A stretch of DNA of 64,000 bases from Terriglobia bacterium (GTDB taxonomy: Bacteria > Acidobacteriota > Terriglobia > Acidiferrales > UBA7541), in NCBI GenBank assembly GCA_963695545.1, contig OY968796.1:992001-1056000 (forward strand). Direction: 5' to 3'. A program made the translations under genes and the position numbers. The stretch's first letter is position 1, and each line of letters starts with the position of its first letter. Positions 40,401 through 49,080 of this stretch are shown here, piece after piece. The notes under the pieces are model-generated. The model made no database searches and was not told the DNA's origin. It worked only from the letters and a program-made list of their open reading frames with translations.

Positions 40401-42099
40401 AAGTTACAGCGTCCTTTCGGCTGCCTACACCAACGTCGGCGCCGCCTGCGCCACCGAAAACAAACCGGACGACGCTGCCGCGAACGATCTCCTCGCCGAA
40501 GATGCGATTCGCCACGCCCTGCTCTTGAAGCCGGGGAACACCGGTTACCACGCTCAGGAAGCCCAGATTCAAATCCAACTCTTCGAGATTGCGTTTCAGC
40601 GCAATGATTTTGCGGCGGCTCTCGATGCGCTCGATCGGGGAGTTTCCACTTCCCTGGCCGCGCTGAAAACCGATTATTCGGACCCGCGACTCAATCAAGA
40701 CGTCGTCTATTTCAAAAAGCAATTGGGAATCGTTCAGACCGCGCTTCAGACCACGCGTCCGCCGGAAGGACCGGGAGCGGCACAAGGCCATTTGTCGTCG
40801 GAGCAATCGGCGATACTCCTGCAGAAAATCAAAGATCTGTTGGCCGAGACTGCTCCCGACAAGCTGCTCAATCACAATTCACGGCAAGCCGATTGGACTC
40901 TGCGTCCGCTGATCCCCGGCGCGTGGCAGTATCTCGCCGATGCGGATCGTGAAGCGGCGGTCGCGAGCCTGCTGACCCTCGACAAAAATCTGAAAGCGGA
41001 GCAAGTGTGGGGCATTCGCAAGCTTCCCCTCGACTTTTACGATGATGTGACGTTGTACGAAGCGCAAGTCGTCTTGCCGGACGGAACCCACGGAATCTCC
41101 GGCTTCTTGCAGCAGGGGAAGAAACCGCCGCTTCCGGTGGATTCTTCGGGAAGCCAGATCCAAACGCTGAACGCGGAATCACAATTAAAATTGGACAACG
41201 CTTCTCGCGCGGCGGATTACATGCGCTTTTGCGTGAGCATGTTTCAAGGTGACGGTGGATTGATCCATCCGCTCGACGAGCCAGACGATATCAGTTGGCG
41301 GCCCGAGGCCACGGCCCAGCAGCGCGAGAGCGTCGTCGCGTTGATCTCGCCGCTGGTCGCCGAGCCGGTTTCCGATCGCGGTTGGCAAGCGATCGCGACG
41401 GTTCAATTCAACGGCTATCTGAGCAAAATCAGCATTCACCTTTCGCGCTTTGGCGGCTTCCAATTTTTCAACGGAGATCGCGTGACCCAGCGGCTCCCCG
41501 TCAATGTAGAGGTCTTCGACAATGGCCTGCGCGTGCCGCGTACACTGGAAGAAGTCGATAAGCAAACCTGGCAGGGACAGGTCGCGCAGCTCACGCAGAA
41601 GCTCAAGGCCAATCCGAATGACGAGACCGCTCTCTCGCAACTGCCCGGCTTCTACTATGACTTAGCGCGCTGGAACGACGCCGTGGATGCGCAAAAGAAA
41701 TGGCTGGCCTTCGTTCAGAACGAGCCCAAGCATGACGCTGCCTGGACCGCGCAATTGAATCTGGCCTATCGGTATCTCGCGCTGTACCAGCTGTTTATTC
41801 GTGACTTCGCGGGATCACTGGCTTCCAACGACGAGGCAAGAAAGCTGGACAGCTCCGCCCTCGGGATGGAACTGACCCGTGCGGAGGCTCTGGTTTTTCT
41901 CGGGCACACGTCGGAAGCAGAGGTCATCTTCCTCGGGCATCGCGGCGAGAAAATGATCCCGAGTGACCCCAATTCATCGACCTGGGAAAATCAGGTCAAC
42001 CTGAATTTCGACGCGCTGCAAAAGGCAGGGATCATCACACCGGATATGGCCCCCGAAATCGCTCACATTCGCGAACTTTTGAAGACGCCGGCGAAATAA
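37411..42099 (+). CDS. nSTAND1-type NTPase-coiled coil-TM-TPR protein
   Basis: NPWPGLRAF..FFGRERE, GQSGLGKTS, VLDQFEE, LREDF, ELTHD; TM at ~38734-38784; long TPR-like region. Confidence 0.85.
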   Translation: MSAAMAPSSELTKQNPWPGLRAFGENDRDFFFGRERETAELLGLVQRSPVVVLYGQSGLGKTSLLQAGLFPRLKELNYLPFRVRFDHGDDALPLDRQITLAVAAELDRAQISGPRPAEGETLWEYFHRTDLDFWGPRNRLLTPVIVLDQFEEVFTLGHRSEKSTARVAEFQKELESVIEHRPPDAVRERLEAHPDDALRYDLKKQAIKFVITLREDFLPDLDPWRERMPSLLLNRFRLERMTGKQALDVILRGGGELVDLAVARDIVDFVSASRRKRSARTLEEREVEPALLSVVCDALNLSRIEHGKARITPDLLTEKREEIIQDFYERTFQGVDPRVREWVEDRLLTSTGFRDRAALDDAKRLGLPESDFDLLVNRRILHREEREGVIWLELTHDLLSDPAARSRAVREQRIQAEAAKEREKAAAEREAQVRSKLRRTQLVVAVCGVLLVIAAVALDRAIVATRNARAAESKAITAQTVAVQAQASSEASYGSALEMTNRMESSIDDSGIPAATVIKDIDDVERTYTRVANQVTSSDLAQFELQHAQFLTKAADAYYRIGYLKQGLAESQQALDLLEKISGSDVAGDVRLARAAALYDRGHGLQVIGQLDAARASYEDAIKSAMPTQSPESRQAALRVNVLSRIGLADLDEQIWSYSAAHTHLRDAIDIIRAVNTNASDADANEVRSWNALAEQGLGMTLTPDPESRQHSADAAALIRGLMASDPQNLHWKRMFAHVAYVQGMATMSLGRLDEAEPLLEQSLSISEDLCSRDPLNLDWRLGLLEGHLGLGSVQQSSGEWDLSQEELTKAQSEAPELTDAQPSWTQAILDTSVVDLVLGNVLTSKYGDESDSKQKALLLQDASSLFAKAREWSEKGMRLAPENMYFVEFATGPIGRQGLVLAYQGAALDTSVKGNQEEKNQKETEALKYYADAQEKFRPVERVAKDEPRTLSDEAYLHFWMGNALTALSRTSDAVSAYQQMAASAKRLVERNPVGESYSVLSAAYTNVGAACATENKPDDAAANDLLAEDAIRHALLLKPGNTGYHAQEAQIQIQLFEIAFQRNDFAAALDALDRGVSTSLAALKTDYSDPRLNQDVVYFKKQLGIVQTALQTTRPPEGPGAAQGHLSSEQSAILLQKIKDLLAETAPDKLLNHNSRQADWTLRPLIPGAWQYLADADREAAVASLLTLDKNLKAEQVWGIRKLPLDFYDDVTLYEAQVVLPDGTHGISGFLQQGKKPPLPVDSSGSQIQTLNAESQLKLDNASRAADYMRFCVSMFQGDGGLIHPLDEPDDISWRPEATAQQRESVVALISPLVAEPVSDRGWQAIATVQFNGYLSKISIHLSRFGGFQFFNGDRVTQRLPVNVEVFDNGLRVPRTLEEVDKQTWQGQVAQLTQKLKANPNDETALSQLPGFYYDLARWNDAVDAQKKWLAFVQNEPKHDAAWTAQLNLAYRYLALYQLFIRDFAGSLASNDEARKLDSSALGMELTRAEALVFLGHTSEAEVIFLGHRGEKMIPSDPNSSTWENQVNLNFDALQKAGIITPDMAPEIAHIRELLKTPAK

Positions 42100-42157
42100 A
42101 TCCGTTTCGATGAAAGCGTGAAATCGCAGCCGCGTTCGTTCCGACTTCCAGCCGCCG

Positions 42158-43402
42158 TCATGGCGCCGCCAGCGCCGCTTCCACCGCCGCCCGCAGTTTA
42201 TCCGGCGTCTCGCCTCCCATGGTGCGGAATGCAATGCGGCCCTGGCGATCGATTAAGAACGTCGTCGGATAACCGTCCACAAAATATTTTTCCGTGATGT
42301 CCGGCTCCGCACCCAGCAGCAAAGTGAACGTGTAGCCTTTCGCGGCGGCAAACCTTGCGACCGCTGCGGTGTTCTCGCCCACGTCCAGGCCCAGCACGAC
42401 CAAGCCTTGATCCCGAAGCTCGCGATGCATCTTTTCAAGTTCCGGCATCTGCGCTTGGCACGGCGGGCACCAGCTTGCCCAAAAGTCCACAATCACAACT
42501 TTGCCGCGCAGCGCAGCCAAGCTCACGGAATTGCCGCTGGTATCTTGCAGCGTGAAGTCCGGCGCGGGCGTGCCCATCAATGTGGTTGTGGGCGCATCGG
42601 TCGCCGCTTCCGGCGCCGGCTGAGCGGGCGCGGCAGCCGCGGTTTCGAGGCGCGCCGATTTCGGCGGCGTGAATGTAAAGAGCGCGGCTGGCTCAGGCTG
42701 GTTCCACTTCACAACCGAGTACAAGACGATCTGCGCGTTTTCGTCCTTGTCGTAAATCGCAGCCTTATAGACCACGAATGTTTTCTCGTTGATGCGGTAC
42801 ATCGCAAACTGCGCGCCCGCGATCGTGCCCGCGGGCCACTGGTCGCGCGCTACCGCCGCAACGTAAACGGGCACGGCCTTCCCATTTACCACGAAAAGAT
42901 CTTCGCGCGCGATGCTCGCCTCGGTTACGTGCTGATCGAGCGATCGAAGTCCGCTGATCGCCGTAGCCGAGTCCGGCGCAAGTGGAGTTTTCGTATAGGT
43001 GTTCGATCCCCGGTCGAGCGTCCATTCCGTTCGCCCATCGGCGACCCGCAACGTCCCGCGCGGCTCTTCGTCCTCAACTCTATATCTGCCCGGACCGGCG
43101 CCGGTTTCCGTCAAGCGCCGCTCGGACATATTTGAGTCTTCGACGGTTTGCACTGTGACGCGAAATTCGTAGCTCTTGAGATTCCGATACGTCGCAGCCG
43201 CGCGCTGCAAGATCTTCATCGCGGCCGGATCGATGGCCGGCGCGGCGGCCGCCGAAGCCGAAGGCGCAGCAGCCGGAGCGTCGCTCTGCGCGGGCGCCGG
43301 GGCCGCGCCGGTCTGCCCCGCGCAGAAAGCGGCGAACAGCACGGCCAGCGCGCACAGGCCAAGCGCGCATTTCAGTATCCGAGTACGTTGAGCACGCAAC
43401 AC
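42158..43402 (-). CDS. Secreted LolA-like + TlpA/redoxin fusion
   Basis: Signal peptide, VADGRTEW and LFTFTPP (LolA-like); APDFTL, FWASWCPPC, YPTTFLID. Confidence 0.75.
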   Translation of the reverse strand: MLRAQRTRILKCALGLCALAVLFAAFCAGQTGAAPAPAQSDAPAAAPSASAAAAPAIDPAAMKILQRAAATYRNLKSYEFRVTVQTVEDSNMSERRLTETGAGPGRYRVEDEEPRGTLRVADGRTEWTLDRGSNTYTKTPLAPDSATAISGLRSLDQHVTEASIAREDLFVVNGKAVPVYVAAVARDQWPAGTIAGAQFAMYRINEKTFVVYKAAIYDKDENAQIVLYSVVKWNQPEPAALFTFTPPKSARLETAAAAPAQPAPEAATDAPTTTLMGTPAPDFTLQDTSGNSVSLAALRGKVVIVDFWASWCPPCQAQMPELEKMHRELRDQGLVVLGLDVGENTAAVARFAAAKGYTFTLLLGAEPDITEKYFVDGYPTTFLIDRQGRIAFRTMGGETPDKLRAAVEAALAAP

Positions 43403-43523
43403 GGTATCGATTGTCCCTCTTTCTCGCGCTTCTGGATGATTGTTTTCCGCGGTTGGTCCGGCACCGCCGCAGTCCGCCTCCCAAATCCCGATAAACGCAT
43501 TCCAAAAGAATATTTCTGTCCCC

Positions 43524-43550
43524 TGTCGATTCCGCCCTTCCCCCAGCGAC
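43524..43550 (+). promoter_or_regulatory. ECF42-type promoter TGTCGA-17-CGAC
   Basis: Matches the recalled ECF42 target motif, directly upstream of the DGPF-ECF42 operon. Confidence 0.6.
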
Positions 43551-43596
43551 TATCTTATGAAATAAGATGTTCAATCCAGTTTGGCCGGAGGCCACC

Positions 43597-43950
43597 GTGA
43601 AATATCTATGCCTGATCTACACAGACGAAAGCCAGGGCGCCAAGATGACCAAGGAGCAGATGGGCGCGGTTTTCGCCGAGTACACCGCGTTCACCGAATC
43701 GATCCAAAAGAGCGGCCAGTTCATTGGCGGCAACCCGCTCCAATCCGTGACGACCGCAACGACGGTGCGCGTGCGCAACGGAAAAGTCTCCACCACCGAC
43801 GGCCCCTTCGCCGAGACCAAGGAACAGCTCGGCGGCTACTACCTGATCGAGGCCAAGGATCTGAACGAAGCGATTCAAGTGGCCTCGCGCATTCCTTCGG
43901 CAAAATTCGGCTCCATCGAAGTGCGTCCGATCTGGGCGATGGCTCCCTGA
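43597..43950 (+). CDS. YciI/DGPF family protein
   Basis: [23 protein letters not shown]. Confidence 0.9.
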   Translation: MKYLCLIYTDESQGAKMTKEQMGAVFAEYTAFTESIQKSGQFIGGNPLQSVTTATTVRVRNGKVSTTDGPFAETKEQLGGYYLIEAKDLNEAIQVASRIPSAKFGSIEVRPIWAMAP

Positions 43951-43955
43951 TCGCC

Positions 43956-45278
43956 GTGGCGGGAATCGATCCGACCGCGTTCGGTGCATCCGGCGCGCCC
44001 GATGCAAACGAACCACGCGAGCGCTTCGGGCCAATCGACGCGGTATATCGCGCCGATTCCCGCCGCGTGCTTGCCACACTCATCCGCCTCCTCGGCGATT
44101 TCGATCTCGCCGAGGAGGCGCTGCACGATGCCTTCATCGCCGCGCTCGATTCCTGGCCGCGCAACGGCGTGCCGCAAAATCCTCGCGCCTGGCTCATCTC
44201 CACCGGACGCTTCAAAGCGATCGATCGCCTGCGCCGGGGCGCGCGCTTTGACGCCGCGCTTGCTGCGGCCGCCGATCAGCTCGACGCTGCTGTGACCGCG
44301 CCGCCCGACTCCGGCGATGGCGACGCCGTCGAAGACGACCGCCTCCGCTTGATCTTCACCTGCTGCCACCCCGCGCTCACGCCTGACGCGCGCATCGCGC
44401 TGACGCTCCGCGAAGTCTGCGGCCTTGAGACCGAGCAGATCGCGCGTGCTTTCCTGATTCCCGTTCCCTCGCTTGCGCAGCGCATCGTGCGCGCCAAAGG
44501 AAAAATCCGCGACGCGGGCATCCCCTATCAAGTTCCCTCGCTCGCCGAACTCCCCGATCGTCTCGACGCGGTGCTGCACGTTCTCTATCTCGTTTTCAAC
44601 GAAGGCTACTCGGCTTCCTCCGGCGAATCGCTCCTGCGCGCCGATCTTTCCGCCGAGGCCATTCGACTCGGCCGTCTCTTGACCGAACTACTTCCCGATC
44701 CCGAAGCCGTCGGCCTACTCGCCCTAATGCTCCTGCACGACGCGCGCCGCGCCGCACGCACTTCGCCGCAAGGCGAATTGATTCTGCTCGGCGAACAAGA
44801 TCGCAGCCTTTGGAATCGCGCACAGATCGAGGAGGGACTTGCGCTCGTGAGGAAATCCTTAGTGTCGCGTCGCTTCGGCCCCTACACGCTGCAAGCCGCC
44901 ATCGCCGCCGTGCACGCGGAAGCGCCCGACGCGGCTTCCACGGATTGGCGCGAAATTGTGGGGCTGTATGACGTGCTCCTGCGCGTCGAGCCGTCACCCG
45001 TCGTCGAACTCAATCGCGCCGCCGCCGTGGCCATGCGCGACGGCCCCGGAGCCGGTCTCGCGCTCATTGACGCCATTTTCGCGCGCGGCGATCTGGCCGA
45101 GTATCACTTCGCGCACTCCGCCCGCGCCGAGCTTCTCCGCCGCCTCGGCCGAAATCAGCAGGCCATCGCCGCCTTCGGACGCGCGCTCGAACTCACCACG
45201 CAAGCACCGGAACGCCGCTTCCTCGAGCGCCGCCTCGCCGAGCTTGCCTCGCACGTCGCGCCACCCGACCCGTCTTAG
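43956..45278 (+). CDS. ECF sigma factor, ECF42-like with C-terminal TPR extension
   Basis: [44 protein letters not shown]; start uncertain. Confidence 0.9.
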   Translation: MAGIDPTAFGASGAPDANEPRERFGPIDAVYRADSRRVLATLIRLLGDFDLAEEALHDAFIAALDSWPRNGVPQNPRAWLISTGRFKAIDRLRRGARFDAALAAAADQLDAAVTAPPDSGDGDAVEDDRLRLIFTCCHPALTPDARIALTLREVCGLETEQIARAFLIPVPSLAQRIVRAKGKIRDAGIPYQVPSLAELPDRLDAVLHVLYLVFNEGYSASSGESLLRADLSAEAIRLGRLLTELLPDPEAVGLLALMLLHDARRAARTSPQGELILLGEQDRSLWNRAQIEEGLALVRKSLVSRRFGPYTLQAAIAAVHAEAPDAASTDWREIVGLYDVLLRVEPSPVVELNRAAAVAMRDGPGAGLALIDAIFARGDLAEYHFAHSARAELLRRLGRNQQAIAAFGRALELTTQAPERRFLERRLAELASHVAPPDPS

Positions 45279-46072
45279 TTCTTCGTTGCGCGCGTCATCA
45301 TATATTCCTGCTTAATTATGTTCTCGTCGTAGAATTTCGCGGCAAGCGCGGCGCATTCGCTGCGAAAAGCCGCGAGCTTCGCCGGATCATTCGCCGAAAG
45401 CATTTCCACCAGTTTGACCAGCGGCCCCGCGGTTCGTTCCATTTGAGCTTGATAATGTTGAAGACTCAGCGCCGGGACGCGCATCGTTTCACGCTGGAAC
45501 GCGATGTCCTTTACCGCGCTTCCCAGCCGTTCGCGCACGATGTTTTGGTCTCCCCACTGCGGCGGTGGCGAGATGCCCGGTGGCGGAGGCGGCATGTAGC
45601 TCGCGATCAGCCGGAACATACTCCCGACCAGCAGTTCTGGAGGCCACGTCGCGAAAGCGATGGTCCCGCCCGGTTTCAACACGCGCAGCATCTCGCCGAG
45701 CGCCACGCCAGGCCTCGGCGCGAACATGTGACCGAACTCGCTGAGCACCACATCGAACGCCCCGTCACCATAAGGCAATTGCTCGACGTCCCCCTCCCGC
45801 CAGTCAACCTCGAGCGCGGCGATTTTAGAATTGGCGCGCGCCCTCTCCAGAAGTTCCGGCGTCAGGTCGATCGCGCTCACCATTGCGCCCATGCGCGCCG
45901 CCGTAATCGCCGCCACGCCGGTGCCACAGCCCACGTCAAGCACTTGCTGCCCCGCCCGCACGCCGGCAAATTTCGCCAGTTGCGCTCCCACGGGCGTGGT
46001 GATCATCTCCAGCGGCGCAAAGTGCGCCCATCCCTGCTTCTGCATCGCCTTAAAATTTTCAAACGGGTCCAC
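45275..46072 (-). CDS. Class I SAM-dependent methyltransferase
   Basis: [22 protein letters not shown]. Confidence 0.9.
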   Translation of the reverse strand: MDPFENFKAMQKQGWAHFAPLEMITTPVGAQLAKFAGVRAGQQVLDVGCGTGVAAITAARMGAMVSAIDLTPELLERARANSKIAALEVDWREGDVEQLPYGDGAFDVVLSEFGHMFAPRPGVALGEMLRVLKPGGTIAFATWPPELLVGSMFRLIASYMPPPPPGISPPPQWGDQNIVRERLGSAVKDIAFQRETMRVPALSLQHYQAQMERTAGPLVKLVEMLSANDPAKLAAFRSECAALAAKFYDENIIKQEYMMTRATKN

Positions 46073-46193
46073 GTATTCCCCCTCTCGGCGCCGGCTCCGC
46101 CTAGCGCTCGGCGTTTACGGTCGCCAATCTAGCATCGACCCGATCATTTCCCAACTTCCAATCAAGCCGCCACTCGCTGCTGGGCGCACTTCC

Positions 46194-46222
46194 TTGACAG
46201 CCTCACCAGCGACGCCTAGAAT
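46194..46222 (+). promoter_or_regulatory. Sigma-70 promoter TTGACA-17-TAGAAT
   Basis: Near-perfect consensus upstream of the dksA-like gene. Confidence 0.75.
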
Positions 46223-46280
46223 CTCTCGTTTGCATTGCTGCATCTAAGGCTCACCGTGCAGCTATAGGCCCGGAACGACA

Positions 46281-46634
46281 ATGGACAAGAAACGCACCGA
46301 ATACTACAAAAAGAAACTGGTTACGCGGCGCGAGGAGTTGATTAAGACCATCGCACGCACCGAAGAAGAAGGCCGCGCGGCCGACGACGATCCGACCGTG
46401 GACATGGCGGATAAAGCCGCCAACTCCTACACCAAGGAGTTTTTGTTCGGGCAGACCAACACCGACCGCACCCTGCTCAACCTGATCGAAGGCGCGCTCA
46501 CCCGCATCAAGAACAGCTCCTACGGCACGTGTACGAATTGCGGCGTGGAGCTGCAGCAAAAGCGCCTGGACGCCGTCCCGTGGGCGCGCCACTGCGTCAG
46601 CTGCCAGGAAAAAATGGAGCGCGGCCAGCTGTAA
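46281..46634 (+). CDS. dksA: TraR/DksA C4 zinc-finger protein
   Basis: DMADKA; YGTCTNCG...RLDAVPWARHCVSC. Confidence 0.85.
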   Translation: MDKKRTEYYKKKLVTRREELIKTIARTEEEGRAADDDPTVDMADKAANSYTKEFLFGQTNTDRTLLNLIEGALTRIKNSSYGTCTNCGVELQQKRLDAVPWARHCVSCQEKMERGQL

Positions 46635-46789
46635 CGCCAGCGCGGCGTCGAGGCAGCGGTCCGCTCGGACGGTTTTAGCCATGCGCTTCGGCCCGTCCAT
46701 CTAAGCGTTGCGCTCAGCAAAAGGCCGGTTGTTCTCTCGATAATTCCTCTTTGATGAATATCCGGCCTTAGTGTAGGCTTCCGGACATC

Positions 46790-47629
46790 GTGGGAATCAG
46801 CTTGGCATCCGCGCTCGCCCGCCTGCGTGATTGGGGCGGAGCCCTGGCCGCAATCCTGCTCCCCGCTCCATGCGGCGTGTGTGGCGAACTGCTTGAATCG
46901 GGCCGACGCATACCTATTTGCGACGAGTGCCTCGCGCAATTTCGGCCGCTCCCCGGGAATCTTTGCGAACATTGCGGCCGCCCGATACTTTCCGACTTCG
47001 CCGCGGAAATCTCTCCCTTGCTTTGCCATATGTGCCACCGCGGACTTTACGATTTCGATTTCGCGCACAGCTTCGCACCTTACGGAACCGTCGCTTCGCG
47101 CGCCATTCTCATGCTCAAATACGAGCAGGTGCTCCCGCTCGGCGCCTGGTTCGCGCACAAACTCGCCGAACTGGTCCGCGCGAATCCCGCCGCCTACGCC
47201 GCCGACGTCGTGGTACCGGTACCGCTTCACGCCGCGCGTTTCCGAGAGCGTGGCTACAACCAAGCCGAGCTCATCGCGCGCCCCTTGGCTCGCCTTCTCG
47301 GGATTCCGTTCCGGTCCTATTTGCTCGTGCGCACCAAGCCGCGCCCCGATAAACTCAAGCTCACCACGCGCGAGCGCTGGCGCACTGTGCGTGGCGCCTA
47401 TGCCACACGCGAGGGCACGCAGGTTGACAAGCTCCGCGTATTGCTGGTAGATGATGTATTTACGACTGGCGCGACGCTCGATGCGTGTTCGAGAGCTTTA
47501 CGCAAAGCTGGCGCCGTTCGTGTCGCGGGGCTCACAGTAGCCCGGGTGCTCCCTCCTACTTTCTCCCACCCGGAGTCCCGAAATGTGCCGCAGGGCGATG
47601 CGCCCACCGGCACCGCCGCCTCAACCTGA
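46790..47629 (+). CDS. comF: ComF family protein
   Basis: Double Zn ribbon, [24 protein letters not shown]. Confidence 0.9.
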   Translation: MGISLASALARLRDWGGALAAILLPAPCGVCGELLESGRRIPICDECLAQFRPLPGNLCEHCGRPILSDFAAEISPLLCHMCHRGLYDFDFAHSFAPYGTVASRAILMLKYEQVLPLGAWFAHKLAELVRANPAAYAADVVVPVPLHAARFRERGYNQAELIARPLARLLGIPFRSYLLVRTKPRPDKLKLTTRERWRTVRGAYATREGTQVDKLRVLLVDDVFTTGATLDACSRALRKAGAVRVAGLTVARVLPPTFSHPESRNVPQGDAPTGTAAST

Positions 47630-47660
47630 CAGTTGGGCGGTTGTCCGCGAGCATATTGAT

Positions 47661-48290
47661 ATGGCCACAGGAGAGCAGGTCGGTGATAGGTCTCGGTCGA
47701 GCCAAGTGCTCGAAACCCCCGGCCCCGATGCGCGCCTGGCGGGCAATTCCCTCCGCGCCGCCACACGCAAGCCCGGCATCCTGCAGGAACCGGTTCTCGT
47801 TCTGAACGCCACCTTCGAGCCCATCAACGTCACCGCCGTGCGCCGCGCCATGGTTCTGATGCTCAAGGGCGTGGCCCAGGCCGAAGAGTTGCATCACTCC
47901 GAAGTGCGCTCCGCCGCTCGCACGCTGAAAGTGCCCTCGGTGATTCGCTTGATCGCTTACCGGCACATCCCGCAACAGACGCGCGCACTTTCGCGCAAAA
48001 ATATTCTTCTGCGCGACCGCAATACCTGCCAGTTTTGCGGCCATACCTTTCCCGCATCCGAGCTGACGCTCGATCACATCATGCCGCGTTCGCGCGGCGG
48101 TCACTCTTCCTGGGAAAATCTGGTGGCCTGCTGCTATCAGTGCAACAACAGCAAAGGCGATCGCACGCCCGAGGAAGCTGGTCTGCGCCTGGTGCGCCGG
48201 CCGCGGCCTTTCACGCTCCACACTTCGCGTCAACTCATGCGCCTGATCGGCAACAAAGACGAGAAATGGCGCAAATATCTCTTTTATTAG
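47661..48290 (+). CDS. HNH endonuclease (McrA-like)
   Basis: [46 protein letters not shown]. Confidence 0.9.
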   Translation: MATGEQVGDRSRSSQVLETPGPDARLAGNSLRAATRKPGILQEPVLVLNATFEPINVTAVRRAMVLMLKGVAQAEELHHSEVRSAARTLKVPSVIRLIAYRHIPQQTRALSRKNILLRDRNTCQFCGHTFPASELTLDHIMPRSRGGHSSWENLVACCYQCNNSKGDRTPEEAGLRLVRRPRPFTLHTSRQLMRLIGNKDEKWRKYLFY

Positions 48291-48380
48291 CCCGAGGAAT
48301 ATCGATTAGGTGCCGGCAATTCGCTGAAAAACAATAACTTACAGAAATCTGGCGCCAGGTACTGAGAATGCGGAATTTCC

Positions 48381-48409
48381 TGCAACCAACTTCAATCCTT
48401 CGGCGTCTA
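48381..48409 (+). promoter_or_regulatory. ECF-type promoter TGCAAC-17-CGTCTA
   Basis: AAC/CGT signature of ECF sigma promoters. Confidence 0.5.
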
Positions 48410-48559
48410 ACTTTATAACATCACTTCTAGGACACACCCCGGGAAGCAGCGTTGGCTCAGCCAAGGCTGCTTCTCTTCTTTTACGGCCTCTTTTTTTCGA
48501 TAGCGCGCACTAGCTTCGGAAGCATCGGGCGCTCAACGCCGTGGTATCATGCGCTTATT

Positions 48560-48736
48560 ATGATCGCCGTCGATGTGCTTACAACAAGATCGGCCATTCT
48601 CACTGCCCTCTGCGTAGTTGGCTTGGTCGCGCTTCGATTGCTCATGATCGGAAATCACCCAGTGACGCTGCTGTTACCGAAAAGCTGGCAGCGCTGGATC
48701 AAAGGCGGATCTGGTTCGCCTCCGCACTCGAAATAA
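48560..48736 (+). CDS. Small membrane protein (hypothetical)
   Basis: 58 aa with one TM helix and an amphipathic PKSWQRWI tail; start uncertain. Confidence 0.4.
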   Translation: MIAVDVLTTRSAILTALCVVGLVALRLLMIGNHPVTLLLPKSWQRWIKGGSGSPPHSK

Positions 48737-48834
48737 TCCCTTCGTTGCCGACCCACCATCCAGCTCCAACTGACGTGAGAATCTTTATTGCCTCGCCGTC
48801 CGTTCTTACAACCTATCTTTTCGTACCGACTCGG

Positions 48835-49080
48835 TTATGGCGACGCTTTCCGAGACAGCAACTCCGCCTCAATTCTCTTCGTTAGGCAACTACGGCAAAG
48901 GCACCCGTGGACCGGGTCCTGGGGAATCGGCAAAATATTTGGAAGCTCAGCGCACCAGCACCCAGCCTCCTGCATGCAGGTTATTGGCGCACCGCATTGC
49001 GAGCAGAGTTTCTCCACCGCGGAATTATGCTGTCTCGGTATTCGTAGTGGCAAATCGGCGGATCGCCGCACGTTGCTCAT
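48835..49080 (-). CDS. Cysteine-rich CWC family protein
   Basis: CSQCG..ITC...CWC..LP...CLCRSCL; overlaps the upstream stop (ATGA). Confidence 0.75.
   Translation of the reverse strand: MSNVRRSADLPLRIPRQHNSAVEKLCSQCGAPITCMQEAGCWCAELPNILPIPQDPVHGCLCRSCLTKRIEAELLSRKASP

Noticed and set aside
47661..48290. HNH as a Cas9/IscB-like or mobile nuclease
   Set aside because: Short stand-alone McrA-like protein with no RuvC, no adjacent ncRNA or array, in a housekeeping context
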